Shown here one piece after another: positions 9,464 through 18,996 of a DNA stretch of 64,000 bases. The stretch comes from a virus. Under the pieces are notes generated by a model. It did not search any database and was not told where the DNA came from. It saw only the letters and a list, made by a program, of their open reading frames with translations. Positions within the stretch are counted from its first letter, which is position 1; every line of letters begins with the position of its first letter. The stretch lies in the IMG/VR virus record IMGVR_UViG_3300024258_000005, one strand, 5' to 3'. Position numbers and translations under genes: made by a program.

Positions 9464-10410
9464 ACGAAATCCAATCCACTAATCTCAATCATCTTTTTAG
9501 TCTTAGCTTCACATAAGAAACAATCAGGATATGTAAATTCAAAGATTTTAGTATAATCAAATATATAATCTTTATGTAATTTAGTTGGATCATCACAAAG
9601 GAAATCATCTTTTGATTCAGGAAATTCCATACTAATATAACAGTAATGCATTTGACCAAATTGATTAATATGCATCTTTTTTGTATTGAATGCTTTACAT
9701 TCAATTGTTGCAGCATCACCAACTTTCTTACGACGATTGAATAATGTATTAATTGCATTCTCTCTAGTAATTAAAGGACTTATCTCTTTGGATACTTCCT
9801 TAACATGTTCAGTTAAACGTCTTCGTCCTTCTGTTCCAACAATATAACTATGAGAAAAACCTTTTACAATATCATTCATTGCTTCACTTTTTAAATCTTC
9901 TGTGTTGTATTTGAATTCAATTATTTGAAGGATATCTCTATTAGAATGTAATTTAAATGCTTTGGCATTATTTAGAATTTTACTAAGATCACTACCTACT
10001 CTATATTCAGCATTAACTTCTTGTGAACTTCCACATAATGTAAATGTACAAGAGCTTCTTTCATGTCCTTGTTTAAAAAGCTTTCCAAGAGATTCCCAAT
10101 ATTCAGTACTTTGTAATGAACCATTAGAAAACATATCAATATGTATATTTCTAGAATTAAAGTACTCAATAAGTTCTGGCAATTCTGGATATAATAATGG
10201 TTCACTAATAGCTCCAGCTAACATAATTCTAGTTAAATTTGGAAAGAAATCTAATTGTTTGATAATATCTTTTACTGGTCTAACATTCTTCTTTAATAAG
10301 TGTTGAGCATGAGAATAATTTCTTGTACATAAAGGACATTGTAAATTACATGTACCTGTTAAGTCTATCTCAAACTCTTTTATATCACTTGTTGTTAATG
10401 TTTTTAACAT
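9457..10410 (-). CDS. Radical SAM protein, paralog group I
   Basis: CNLQCPLC, SEPL, SNG, LCGSSQE, C-terminal C...HYC...CFLC. Confidence 0.85.
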   Translation of the reverse strand: MLKTLTTSDIKEFEIDLTGTCNLQCPLCTRNYSHAQHLLKKNVRPVKDIIKQLDFFPNLTRIMLAGAISEPLLYPELPELIEYFNSRNIHIDMFSNGSLQSTEYWESLGKLFKQGHERSSCTFTLCGSSQEVNAEYRVGSDLSKILNNAKAFKLHSNRDILQIIEFKYNTEDLKSEAMNDIVKGFSHSYIVGTEGRRRLTEHVKEVSKEISPLITRENAINTLFNRRKKVGDAATIECKAFNTKKMHINQFGQMHYCYISMEFPESKDDFLCDDPTKLHKDYIFDYTKIFEFTYPDCFLCEAKTKKMIEISGLDFVC

Positions 10411-10412
10411 AA

Positions 10413-11249
10413 CTATCTTCCTTTTAAATGTAATGCTAATTCAGATGTATCTGATTCAGCTTCTGCTAACCTATATATTTTATTATCACTTAATATCTTT
10501 GAATTATTCTTACTACATTCCCAGCAATGTTTATCACCAAAATTCTTAAAAAGACTACAAGGATTTAACTTATTATCAGAACTTAGTAATGCGAAATTAT
10601 ATTCCTCCGCAGGACACTCTTTGGTGATATCTTCTCTATTCAAAGTACTATATGCTTCTGATACTAACTTGGGTAAATGTATTTCACTATCTAATTCAAA
10701 ATGTTCACTGACTGGTAAAGTATGAAAATACTCAGCCTTGTATTTATTAAATCTACTTCTATCATCATCTTTGTTATAATTAAATACAATATAGTTTAAT
10801 ATGCCTTTTTTAGAATACAGGTTAATGATATCTAATCGTCTAAGAACTGTATTTAGATTACTACCTACTCTATATTTTTCATGAAGTTCTTGAGTACTTC
10901 CACATACAGTTAAATATATATGACCGTTAATGCCTTTAAATAACATACCAAGTTTACGATAATACATATCATCATGAGTGTCACCATTAATAAATAATGA
11001 TACTTCTATATCGCGCATTTTTAAGTATCTTAAAAGTGGCACAAGTTTCTTATATAGAGTCGGTTCTGATGTGGGACCAGCCAGAGTAACATACTTAAGA
11101 TCTTTTAAGTTTTCTAATCGTTCAATTAAAACATTATAATCTAATGTTTTATTATCCGTTAATTCAGGATGAGTTTGTCTTATACATAATGGACATTGTA
11201 AATTACATATATTATTTAACTCTATTTCTATTCTTGTTATTTCTCTCAA
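10413..11249 (-). CDS. Radical SAM protein, paralog group I
   Basis: CNLQCPLC, SEPT, VCGSTQELHEKYRVG, C-terminal C...PC...CWEC; TTG start. Confidence 0.85.
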   Translation of the reverse strand: MREITRIEIELNNICNLQCPLCIRQTHPELTDNKTLDYNVLIERLENLKDLKYVTLAGPTSEPTLYKKLVPLLRYLKMRDIEVSLFINGDTHDDMYYRKLGMLFKGINGHIYLTVCGSTQELHEKYRVGSNLNTVLRRLDIINLYSKKGILNYIVFNYNKDDDRSRFNKYKAEYFHTLPVSEHFELDSEIHLPKLVSEAYSTLNREDITKECPAEEYNFALLSSDNKLNPCSLFKNFGDKHCWECSKNNSKILSDNKIYRLAEAESDTSELALHLKGR

Positions 11250-11259
11250 AAGATTTCCT

Positions 11260-11886
11260 TTAAATGTAAACTATATTATCAAAATCTTTTTCAGTTATCC
11301 ATCTCAATTGACTTTCGATTGTTGCATAAGTTCTATAATTTTTTAAAAGTAGTTTGTGATTAGCTTTGCTTAATTGAGGAGTATAATCTTCTAATGATAA
11401 TGAACCAGGAACTATATGAAATAATCTATTATTGTTATCAAGAAATGATTCTAAATTATGAAAGTTATTATCTGTTACAACAATCATATATTGAACATTC
11501 CCTGGTAAATCTTTTATTATCTCAGTATCTAAATTTTCAGAAGCATGGTATAAAATACTATTGAACTTATCAATTAAACTTGGATACTTCTCTAAGAATA
11601 ATCCATTAGTATTTAATGATAAATTATAGTCTTCAAATTCCTCAAGTAAATATAATATTTTTTCTAAGCTTAATGTTCCAACTTCGCCACCAGATAAAGT
11701 AATATTATAATCATTGTATTTCTCATGAACTAATTTAACTTTATTTTGTAATTCAATAGAACTTATAGCTGGTTGATTATGAGTATCAACACAACAATAT
11801 TCACAATTCCAATTACATTTATAAGTAACTATAATTTCAAGTTCTTTCTCATTAGCTTTCATAAAATCTAAATTCATTCCTTCCAT
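11260..11886 (-). CDS. Short radical SAM protein, paralog group II
   Basis: CNWNCEYCCVDTHNQ, SGGEVG, TNGLFL. Confidence 0.85.
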   Translation of the reverse strand: MEGMNLDFMKANEKELEIIVTYKCNWNCEYCCVDTHNQPAISSIELQNKVKLVHEKYNDYNITLSGGEVGTLSLEKILYLLEEFEDYNLSLNTNGLFLEKYPSLIDKFNSILYHASENLDTEIIKDLPGNVQYMIVVTDNNFHNLESFLDNNNRLFHIVPGSLSLEDYTPQLSKANHKLLLKNYRTYATIESQLRWITEKDFDNIVYI

Positions 11887-12578
11887 TATTTGTCCTTTGT
11901 TCTAAGTGAAACACAGTTTTCAAAATCATCTGATTCAAGAAACAATAAAGGTGCATGTGGTAAGAATAACCTATCTTTATATTTTTGATATATTTTAAAA
12001 CCTAATTTTCTATCAAGACCAGATTGATATACCTCTTTAACATAACCAGCATTAGCACCAATAACAGCAAATTGAAATTGAGGATACTTATTTAAATACC
12101 ATTCAATATCTTCAAATGAATCTTTATTTGTTACCACTAGTTGATAAATAAAATTATCATTTACAGGAATATGATCAAAGTGATATAATTTAATTTCTTT
12201 TCTTGATCTAACATCTTGTACTGTATGATAGAGAACATCGCTTATGTATTTAACAACTAAGTCAGGATACTTCTCTAAAAATAGCCCATTTGTATCAACT
12301 GTGATTACACAGTTCTTTTCTTTTAGGATTTCACAATACTTAATAATAAGATCTTTGGATACCATTCCTGGTTCACCACCAGCAAACGAAACAATAGTAT
12401 TATTTGGTACTTTAGCTAATTGATTCATAACAGAAGCATCATCTATCTGTTCATCTTGATTATGTGTGTCTGCACAACAGTACCAACAATCCCAATTACA
12501 TTTAAAAGTTAAATCAACATTGTAATGTATACTTGTTATCTGTTCAAAGTCTATCTTCTCTTCTTGCGTTTCTTGCAT
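11886..12578 (-). CDS. Short radical SAM protein, paralog group II
   Basis: CNWDCWYCCADTHNQ, GGEPG, TNGLFL. Confidence 0.85.
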   Translation of the reverse strand: MQETQEEKIDFEQITSIHYNVDLTFKCNWDCWYCCADTHNQDEQIDDASVMNQLAKVPNNTIVSFAGGEPGMVSKDLIIKYCEILKEKNCVITVDTNGLFLEKYPDLVVKYISDVLYHTVQDVRSRKEIKLYHFDHIPVNDNFIYQLVVTNKDSFEDIEWYLNKYPQFQFAVIGANAGYVKEVYQSGLDRKLGFKIYQKYKDRLFLPHAPLLFLESDDFENCVSLRTKDK

Positions 12579-12579
12579 T

Positions 12580-13143
12580 TTAATTTCCTTTTAATAAATG
12601 ACTTATACTATCCCCGTGTACTTTATAGTTCTTGATTATATATAATGCATTCTTATTTGATAAACTATTTCCATTGACCTCTTTCATACTTGAAACAAAA
12701 AATTGAATATTATAGTTATCATAATACCAATCAAGCGCAAGAAAATTTGAATCATTAACCAACAACATATATGTAATTGGAACACTGATATCAAATAATT
12801 GTATTTCTTTTAACTCTTCTATATGCTCTATACAATGATATAAAATATCATCAACATATTCTTCTACTATCTTTGGATACTTCTCTAAGAATAAACCATT
12901 TGTGTTTAGAACAATCTCACAGTTCTTTTCTTTAAGTAATTTAAAGTACTCAAGAATATCTTCTTCATTAACAGTACCAGGTTCACCACCTTCAATATGG
13001 ACTGAACACCCTTCTGGAATATTCTCAATACATTTAAGTACTTTCTTTTTAGTAGCTTTTGAACTACTTTGATTATGTGTATCAACTATACAATAATTAC
13101 AATGCCAATTACAAACATAAGTTATAGGTAAGAAACAATTCAT
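12580..13143 (-). CDS. Short radical SAM protein, paralog group II
   Basis: CNWHCNYCIVDTHNQ, GGEPG, TNGLFL. Confidence 0.85.
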   Translation of the reverse strand: MNCFLPITYVCNWHCNYCIVDTHNQSSSKATKKKVLKCIENIPEGCSVHIEGGEPGTVNEEDILEYFKLLKEKNCEIVLNTNGLFLEKYPKIVEEYVDDILYHCIEHIEELKEIQLFDISVPITYMLLVNDSNFLALDWYYDNYNIQFFVSSMKEVNGNSLSNKNALYIIKNYKVHGDSISHLLKGN

Positions 13144-13760
13144 CTAAACCCCATTACTTTTACATTTTGATCAACTGATGTATTTTCACCAAGTAGTTGC
13201 AAGATAGACTCTTTTGGAATTATATCTTTAATTTCATTATAGAGTTTAAATGCATTCTTAATACTTAGACTTGTTAAGTTTTGATTTTCATTCTTTCTTG
13301 CTCTATGAACATGAATAGGTAAATCAACATTGAGTAAGAAATCTCTAACAAGATGAAAATTAGTATCATCTGCTATGATAACATAATCCATAGGTACATT
13401 GATAATAGGCATATATACATCGTAATTAGTTAAATCATCTTGTACATGATAAAAGAAGTATTCAATATATTTAACTAACTCAGGATATCTTCTAAAGAAG
13501 AGTCCATTAGTATCCATGTGAATATTACAGTTCTTTTCTAATAATCTTTGTATTATTTCAACTAAAAATTCTTTCTTAGCCATTCCTGGTTCACCACCAG
13601 CAAGAGAAACTAAACTTCCATTTTTTAATGAATCAATACTATCAAATATATCTTGAGGTTTAGGTTCATCTTGATTATGTGTATCAACTATACAATATGA
13701 ACAATCCCAATCACACTTAAAAGTAATTAGTAAACAGTATTTTACTTTAACTTCTTCCAT
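13140..13760 (-). CDS. Short radical SAM protein, paralog group II
   Basis: CDWDCSYCIVDTHNQ, GGEPG, TNGLFF. Confidence 0.85.
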   Translation of the reverse strand: MEEVKVKYCLLITFKCDWDCSYCIVDTHNQDEPKPQDIFDSIDSLKNGSLVSLAGGEPGMAKKEFLVEIIQRLLEKNCNIHMDTNGLFFRRYPELVKYIEYFFYHVQDDLTNYDVYMPIINVPMDYVIIADDTNFHLVRDFLLNVDLPIHVHRARKNENQNLTSLSIKNAFKLYNEIKDIIPKESILQLLGENTSVDQNVKVMGFR

Positions 13761-14644
13761 ATTATTTCCTTTAAAATGTTGATTATATTATCATCTTTAG
13801 TAAGTTCTACCTGATTGAGATTCTTTAGATCTTCTATGCGATATTTCAAACCAAGATCAGTATCCAAATAATCAATATTTAGATACTCAACATCAATACC
13901 GAAGTATTGACATTCTGCTATCATTCGTGGAGAACAATCCCATTTTCTCGAAATAGGAGTATAAATATATTTAGATATATTTATAAATTCTTCATAAGGT
14001 GTTCTTTCAATTTGACATATGTTAGATAATGAATCATAATAATCATTGTCTGTCAGTAATAAATAATTACCCGGATTACTTAAAATATAATCCTTAACTA
14101 CATCAAGTTCTAAAATTCGACAATTACCAGTTAGATACATTAATATTTTATCCGTTCTAATTGGTGATTTCAATTTACTAAATAAGATCTTTTTCTTATA
14201 ATCAATACCATTTACCTTTACTTGTTCATAGACTCTTTGGTCTTGTAACACATGAAGCTTAGGGTTGACATTATTTTTTATTTCTTTGTTTCCACATGCG
14301 AATGTAAAAACATTATCTGATAGATATGTTACTAAATTCATAGTATTTATATCTCCATCCATAAAGAATATATTCTTACATTTAATCAATGTAGGATGAT
14401 AATTATTAAATGTAGTAACGCTTAATAACTTTTCAACTTCTTGTTGAGTGAATGTGTACTTCTTTATAACAGTACGAAAATCTTCTTCTGATAGACCTAT
14501 AAATAGTACTCGGGTATCAAAAACATCTTTTAGAATATAATAGTAATCTATCAATTCAAAGATATGGCCACATATATTGTGACCATTATTATTCCAGGTA
14601 TAAGTTAATATTAACTCACCTTCTAGCATTAATATCTTTTTCAT
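13742..14644 (-). CDS. Glycosyltransferase-like (GT-B-like) protein
   Basis: C-terminal DCSPRMIAECQYFGIDV resembles the GT-B nucleotide-sugar motif; apparent distant paralog of 14648-15472. Confidence 0.4.
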   Translation of the reverse strand: MKKILMLEGELILTYTWNNNGHNICGHIFELIDYYYILKDVFDTRVLFIGLSEEDFRTVIKKYTFTQQEVEKLLSVTTFNNYHPTLIKCKNIFFMDGDINTMNLVTYLSDNVFTFACGNKEIKNNVNPKLHVLQDQRVYEQVKVNGIDYKKKILFSKLKSPIRTDKILMYLTGNCRILELDVVKDYILSNPGNYLLLTDNDYYDSLSNICQIERTPYEEFINISKYIYTPISRKWDCSPRMIAECQYFGIDVEYLNIDYLDTDLGLKYRIEDLKNLNQVELTKDDNIINILKEIIWKKLK

Positions 14645-14647
14645 TTT

Positions 14648-15472
14648 TTAATCTTTTAATATTGTTTGTACCATTAAATCATTTTTGTCTAATGTGTATT
14701 TTTGTAATTGACCATCTTTGATATCTTTTTGGCGTAGTGTAGTGCTATCTTCAATGGTAGTTCTTTCTTCAATTATAATTGGAATATTGTACCATGCTGC
14801 TTCTACTATAATACGATTATTTGTATCTAAACCGATATGAACATAAACAATTTGGTCTATTATATTAAATAGATTTTTAATTATTTTGATATCACTCTTC
14901 ATTAGAATATTCTTTAAATTGTATTTCTCAGCAATTACAGCAATTTCACAACTATCACTCTTTCCCTTATTTACATAACTTAAGAATGTTGTTTCCGTTT
15001 TACAATTTTCAATTTGTTTAAAAATACTAAAGTTCAACTTCAAAGTGCTCTTAATATCAAATTTTTGATAATCATAATAACCAAAATATGTGGTACCATT
15101 CGGGCTTCTATAATTATCATGAGTTTCATTACTATAAACAAAATGTTCACCTCGAACAAAACCTCTTAATCGTTTATAAGATGATACATCAACGAATAAA
15201 GCTTTTCTAACATTATAAGTATACATCTGTACAGTAGTACAGAATTGTATATCAATTTCTTCAATATCGTATTTATCTTTAATAGCATTAAGTGAAAGAA
15301 TTTCATCCTCTTTTAATTTACGCTTAGCAACAATATATAAAGTACATAATGAATGTTGTTGTAGTAAATAAAAATATTCAAATGCATAATAAAAAGAACC
15401 GTTTATTTTGTTATGATCATTTATATAATATACAACCGCATTATGAGATTGTATATGATTAGGATTTATCAT
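14648..15472 (-). CDS. Glycosyltransferase-like (GT-B-like) protein
   Basis: DTNNRIIVEAAWYNIPII resembles the GT-B E-x7-E region. Confidence 0.4.
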   Translation of the reverse strand: MINPNHIQSHNAVVYYINDHNKINGSFYYAFEYFYLLQQHSLCTLYIVAKRKLKEDEILSLNAIKDKYDIEEIDIQFCTTVQMYTYNVRKALFVDVSSYKRLRGFVRGEHFVYSNETHDNYRSPNGTTYFGYYDYQKFDIKSTLKLNFSIFKQIENCKTETTFLSYVNKGKSDSCEIAVIAEKYNLKNILMKSDIKIIKNLFNIIDQIVYVHIGLDTNNRIIVEAAWYNIPIIIEERTTIEDSTTLRQKDIKDGQLQKYTLDKNDLMVQTILKD

Positions 15473-15480
15473 CCTACTTC

Positions 15481-16086
15481 CTATGAAATGTCGTTTAGAT
15501 ATTTCGACATGAATGTAGCATATAGTTCATCAACTTTTGATTCATCAGTTGCTAATCTAATCTCTGAAAAATATTCAGTGTATTTCTCTTCTAAATAAGA
15601 ACTTCTAGCAATTTCATCTCTAGCATTTAAATACATCTCAAGTTTATCAATTAAAGCATCATCACCTGTTTCAAGTATTTTGAGATATGTTTCTTCTTTA
15701 TTATCATCATGAATAAAGTATCCATTATCACAAAGAATATTATTGATATTAATATATTGATACATCATTAGTCCAGAAACGTTTGCTTGCTGGTGTGTAA
15801 CCAATTGGCGTACTTTTTTAAGATATATACTTTTGTATAATTCTAACTCATTATTTACATCAACAATGATAAGATCATGTACTTGTATATCAATATTTTT
15901 ATAATCTTTTATAATTCTAACTATTTTATTATTTGATATATGTTTCTTTATTTCACTTGCAGCAAAGGTGCTTAAACCTAAGAAACCTGTGTGGCTCTCA
16001 AACTCTTTATTGTGTGATGCAGTTAAATATTCTATTTCAAAATATGTACCACAATCAATGACTGCTGCCATTTCAAATACTTTCAT
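15481..16086 (-). CDS. Hypothetical protein
   Basis: 201-aa ORF with RBS inside the operon. Confidence 0.75.
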   Translation of the reverse strand: MKVFEMAAVIDCGTYFEIEYLTASHNKEFESHTGFLGLSTFAASEIKKHISNNKIVRIIKDYKNIDIQVHDLIIVDVNNELELYKSIYLKKVRQLVTHQQANVSGLMMYQYININNILCDNGYFIHDDNKEETYLKILETGDDALIDKLEMYLNARDEIARSSYLEEKYTEYFSEIRLATDESKVDELYATFMSKYLNDIS

Positions 16087-16108
16087 TTATATTCCTTTTT
16101 ATTCCTTT

Positions 16109-17035
16109 TTATTTTTCGTAACCATCGCATCGAAGAATGAATTCACAATCTTTACATGAACGAGGTTTATCGTAAGAAGCTATCCTATTAGTTATAGCTG
16201 TTTCTAACATTGACTCTACTGTTATATCCTGAACTGTGGTTAAATCAAATGTTTGAATATTCCAATCAGTTAGATCATATATATGATCTAACGTACTAAC
16301 GCAGTATTTTTCATATCCTTTCATAAAGCAGAAAGGAATATATCTAACAGTCACAGGAACGATATCTTTATCGATAAAGATCATTATCTTAGGAGATACT
16401 TTCTGGTAATCTAAATAATCTAATTTATGTGATGATTCCCATCTATTTAAAGGTAAGAAGTTTAACTGTTGAATTTTAACACCACATCTTATTAGATATT
16501 TTATAATTCTAGCATAATTACGACCATCAAAATCATTTTGAACAGTGCAATTAATTCGAATATCCATATCTAACTCTTGAGCATTCTTAATTGCTTGAAT
16601 TATCTTTCTAAACGCTTTATGATCAACTTTCTCATTATGCGATTTAGTATTCCAACCGTGTAAACTGAATAATATTTCAGATAAGCCATGATCTTTAGCT
16701 TCTTTTAGTTTATCAATATCACTGAAACTAATACCATTTGTAAGCATAGCTATTTTATCAAAGTTTTTACACATATCTAAGATTGTTAAGAACTCAGGAT
16801 GTATAGAACTTTCACCACCTGATAAATCAATACTTGTCATACCAGAAGCTTTCAATAAATTAATTTCATTCTCAATGATACTAAGTTTTCTAAAAGGATC
16901 TTTTAAATTACCTTGATAGTAACAGAATTCACAATTTAAATTACAAGTAGTTCCAGTATTTAATCTACCTCTTAAACATATCGGTTTATCTGGTAGATCA
17001 TTAATTTTGGGCTTTATTATTTTATTTAAATTCAT
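16109..17035 (-). CDS. Radical SAM protein with C-terminal CxxC-x5-C motif
   Basis: CNLNCEFC, LSGGE, TNG, FSLHG, CKDCEFILRCDG. Confidence 0.9.
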   Translation of the reverse strand: MNLNKIIKPKINDLPDKPICLRGRLNTGTTCNLNCEFCYYQGNLKDPFRKLSIIENEINLLKASGMTSIDLSGGESSIHPEFLTILDMCKNFDKIAMLTNGISFSDIDKLKEAKDHGLSEILFSLHGWNTKSHNEKVDHKAFRKIIQAIKNAQELDMDIRINCTVQNDFDGRNYARIIKYLIRCGVKIQQLNFLPLNRWESSHKLDYLDYQKVSPKIMIFIDKDIVPVTVRYIPFCFMKGYEKYCVSTLDHIYDLTDWNIQTFDLTTVQDITVESMLETAITNRIASYDKPRSCKDCEFILRCDGYEK

Positions 17036-17859
17036 ATTATTCTGCTGAATATATCTCTATAAAGAGCATCATAATCGACTTGAAAATACTCTTCTGTATT
17101 TATAACATAAATTGATAAACCATCTCTGATTAAATCTTGAGCCATTACACCAAATTGTTTTTCTTTTGGTAAATCAAGTCCTAGTTCAGTACCATCAACA
17201 TAATAAAATGAATAGAATTTAATAGGAGTTTTACTCTTAATTTTATTCGATGCTACTGTTCCAATATGATTTATTTCAATCTTTAATCGTCTATCGCTAT
17301 AGTTACAACCACAATCTGTATTACATGTACATACATTATTACAAGCACAATCTGAATTACATAAACAGTTATCCGCAATACTAATATAATTGTTTATAAT
17401 ATTATTATAAAAAGCTGCTTCTATTTCTGCTGGACGAGATATTGAAGCTATACCAAAAGTACTAAATGAATTAATAACAGATACCATTTGATCCCATTCG
17501 TATTTATAAGCAACATTTCCTTTAATAGCATTTAAAGTAATTTTAGGAATATACCATGATTGATTACTTGCTTGCTTGTATCTAGGATCAGGATTACTTA
17601 CTCCCCTAGACCAATTATTAGCAATACTATTTAATGAGTGTTTTAAACTTGTAGTGTCTTCTGTACAAACTGTATCAGTAATTCCTACAAAATTTAAAGA
17701 GGGGAAAGCTGCTCCTTGATTAGGTGCATGGTGAGCCGCACAATCAATTCTTCTATCTTGTATAGCAGTAGCGCCTCCATATACTACTTGACCTTCTATT
17801 GTAGCTGGATTAGCTACAAGGGTTGGAGTCGTTTCATCTGTTATATTATTAACTGCCAT
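17032..17859 (-). CDS. Cys-rich fibre-like protein with C-terminal peptidase S74 intramolecular chaperone
   Basis: CLCNSDCACNNVCTCNTDCGCNY followed directly by SDRRLK...GVMAQDL...VDYDAL (S74 signature). Confidence 0.8.
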   Translation of the reverse strand: MAVNNITDETTPTLVANPATIEGQVVYGGATAIQDRRIDCAAHHAPNQGAAFPSLNFVGITDTVCTEDTTSLKHSLNSIANNWSRGVSNPDPRYKQASNQSWYIPKITLNAIKGNVAYKYEWDQMVSVINSFSTFGIASISRPAEIEAAFYNNIINNYISIADNCLCNSDCACNNVCTCNTDCGCNYSDRRLKIEINHIGTVASNKIKSKTPIKFYSFYYVDGTELGLDLPKEKQFGVMAQDLIRDGLSIYVINTEEYFQVDYDALYRDIFSRII

Positions 17860-17892
17860 TTTTATTCCTTTAATTCCTAATTTTCTTAGGAA

Positions 17893-18996
17893 TTAAATTC
17901 CTAAGTGTTTTTGCACGGTTCTATCTATTTTTCCGAATGCTTTATATATTCCACATAAGTCATCTTTTGGATCATGATACTTTTCTTCATATGTTTCTTT
18001 TGTTGATGTATCATGATTTACAATTGGACATTGATAACATACAGTTGCTGTACAACCTTTACAATGTTCAGGAACAAGCATAATTTCTTTATGTCTTTCA
18101 TGTGAAGTCATAACAGCTTCAACCGGATTATCAATATGCCCAATTATAAAATCTTCTTTATTTTCAGAATATAACGCTCCATGACAAACTAAAAGATTAC
18201 CATCAATATCAACATTAGCTATATTCGTACCAGCAGAACAAACATTGCGTTCACCTGTTCCAAACCATGACCAAACGAATCTACCATTAGCTTTATAATA
18301 TTCTATTTCTAGCTTAGCAATCTTTAAAAATTGTTCATTAACTATCTTTAAGAACGGTTCATCTATTACATATTTGTTAGTGTACTCTAATGTAGGAGAA
18401 TAGTTAAAAGTGGGATATTTTTCAATTAGTTCTTTAAAATGTAACCAATTCTCTAATAGATTAGGCATTTCATGAATTGCTAATGTACTCTTTATACTGA
18501 GTTTAATATCTGGAAATTTATCCATTAAGTAATGAACTGAGCTTAGGACTGTACTTGATGTACCTTCACCTTTATGATCAACTCTTTCTAAATCATTATT
18601 AAGACCGTCATAACTTATTTGATAACTAAATCTTGAAGTGTCATCTATAAATAATTTAAAGTTATTAATAATTTTCTCAATATTTTTAACATTAAAACCA
18701 TTAGTATACATGAAGAAATCAACAGGAGAATCTTTAAATTCATTAATCAATCTAATAATCATTTTAGAATTTAGAGTAGGTTCACCACCCCAAAAATTAA
18801 TAGTTACGCCGTTGAACACTTCTAGGAATTTCTCACCATTAAGCATCTCATGAACTGATTTAATAATATCATCTGTATGTAACTGAGGATTCTTATTTTG
18901 AAGCTCTTCCCCTTCGAAACAATAGGTACAAGCCATATCACACTTTTGTGTAGTTGTTACTTCATATGCGAAATATCTTTTTTGTCTTTGATTCAT
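17893..18996 (-). CDS. Radical SAM/SPASM maturase-like protein
   Basis: CDMACTYC, FWGGEPTLN, YTNG, ISYDG; SPASM CSAG...GNLLVCH...CKGC...CYQCP...C. Confidence 0.9.
   Translation of the reverse strand: MNQRQKRYFAYEVTTTQKCDMACTYCFEGEELQNKNPQLHTDDIIKSVHEMLNGEKFLEVFNGVTINFWGGEPTLNSKMIIRLINEFKDSPVDFFMYTNGFNVKNIEKIINNFKLFIDDTSRFSYQISYDGLNNDLERVDHKGEGTSSTVLSSVHYLMDKFPDIKLSIKSTLAIHEMPNLLENWLHFKELIEKYPTFNYSPTLEYTNKYVIDEPFLKIVNEQFLKIAKLEIEYYKANGRFVWSWFGTGERNVCSAGTNIANVDIDGNLLVCHGALYSENKEDFIIGHIDNPVEAVMTSHERHKEIMLVPEHCKGCTATVCYQCPIVNHDTSTKETYEEKYHDPKDDLCGIYKAFGKIDRTVQKHLGI

Noticed and set aside
11260-13760. 7-deazaguanine (QueE/archaeosine) DNA-modification pathway, or viperin
   Set aside because: No FolE, QueD, QueC or DpdA is in the window; the amidinotransferase is the AGAT/StrB1 type, not ArcS/QueF-L; viperin-specific motifs are absent. 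This remains possible only if partners lie elsewhere.
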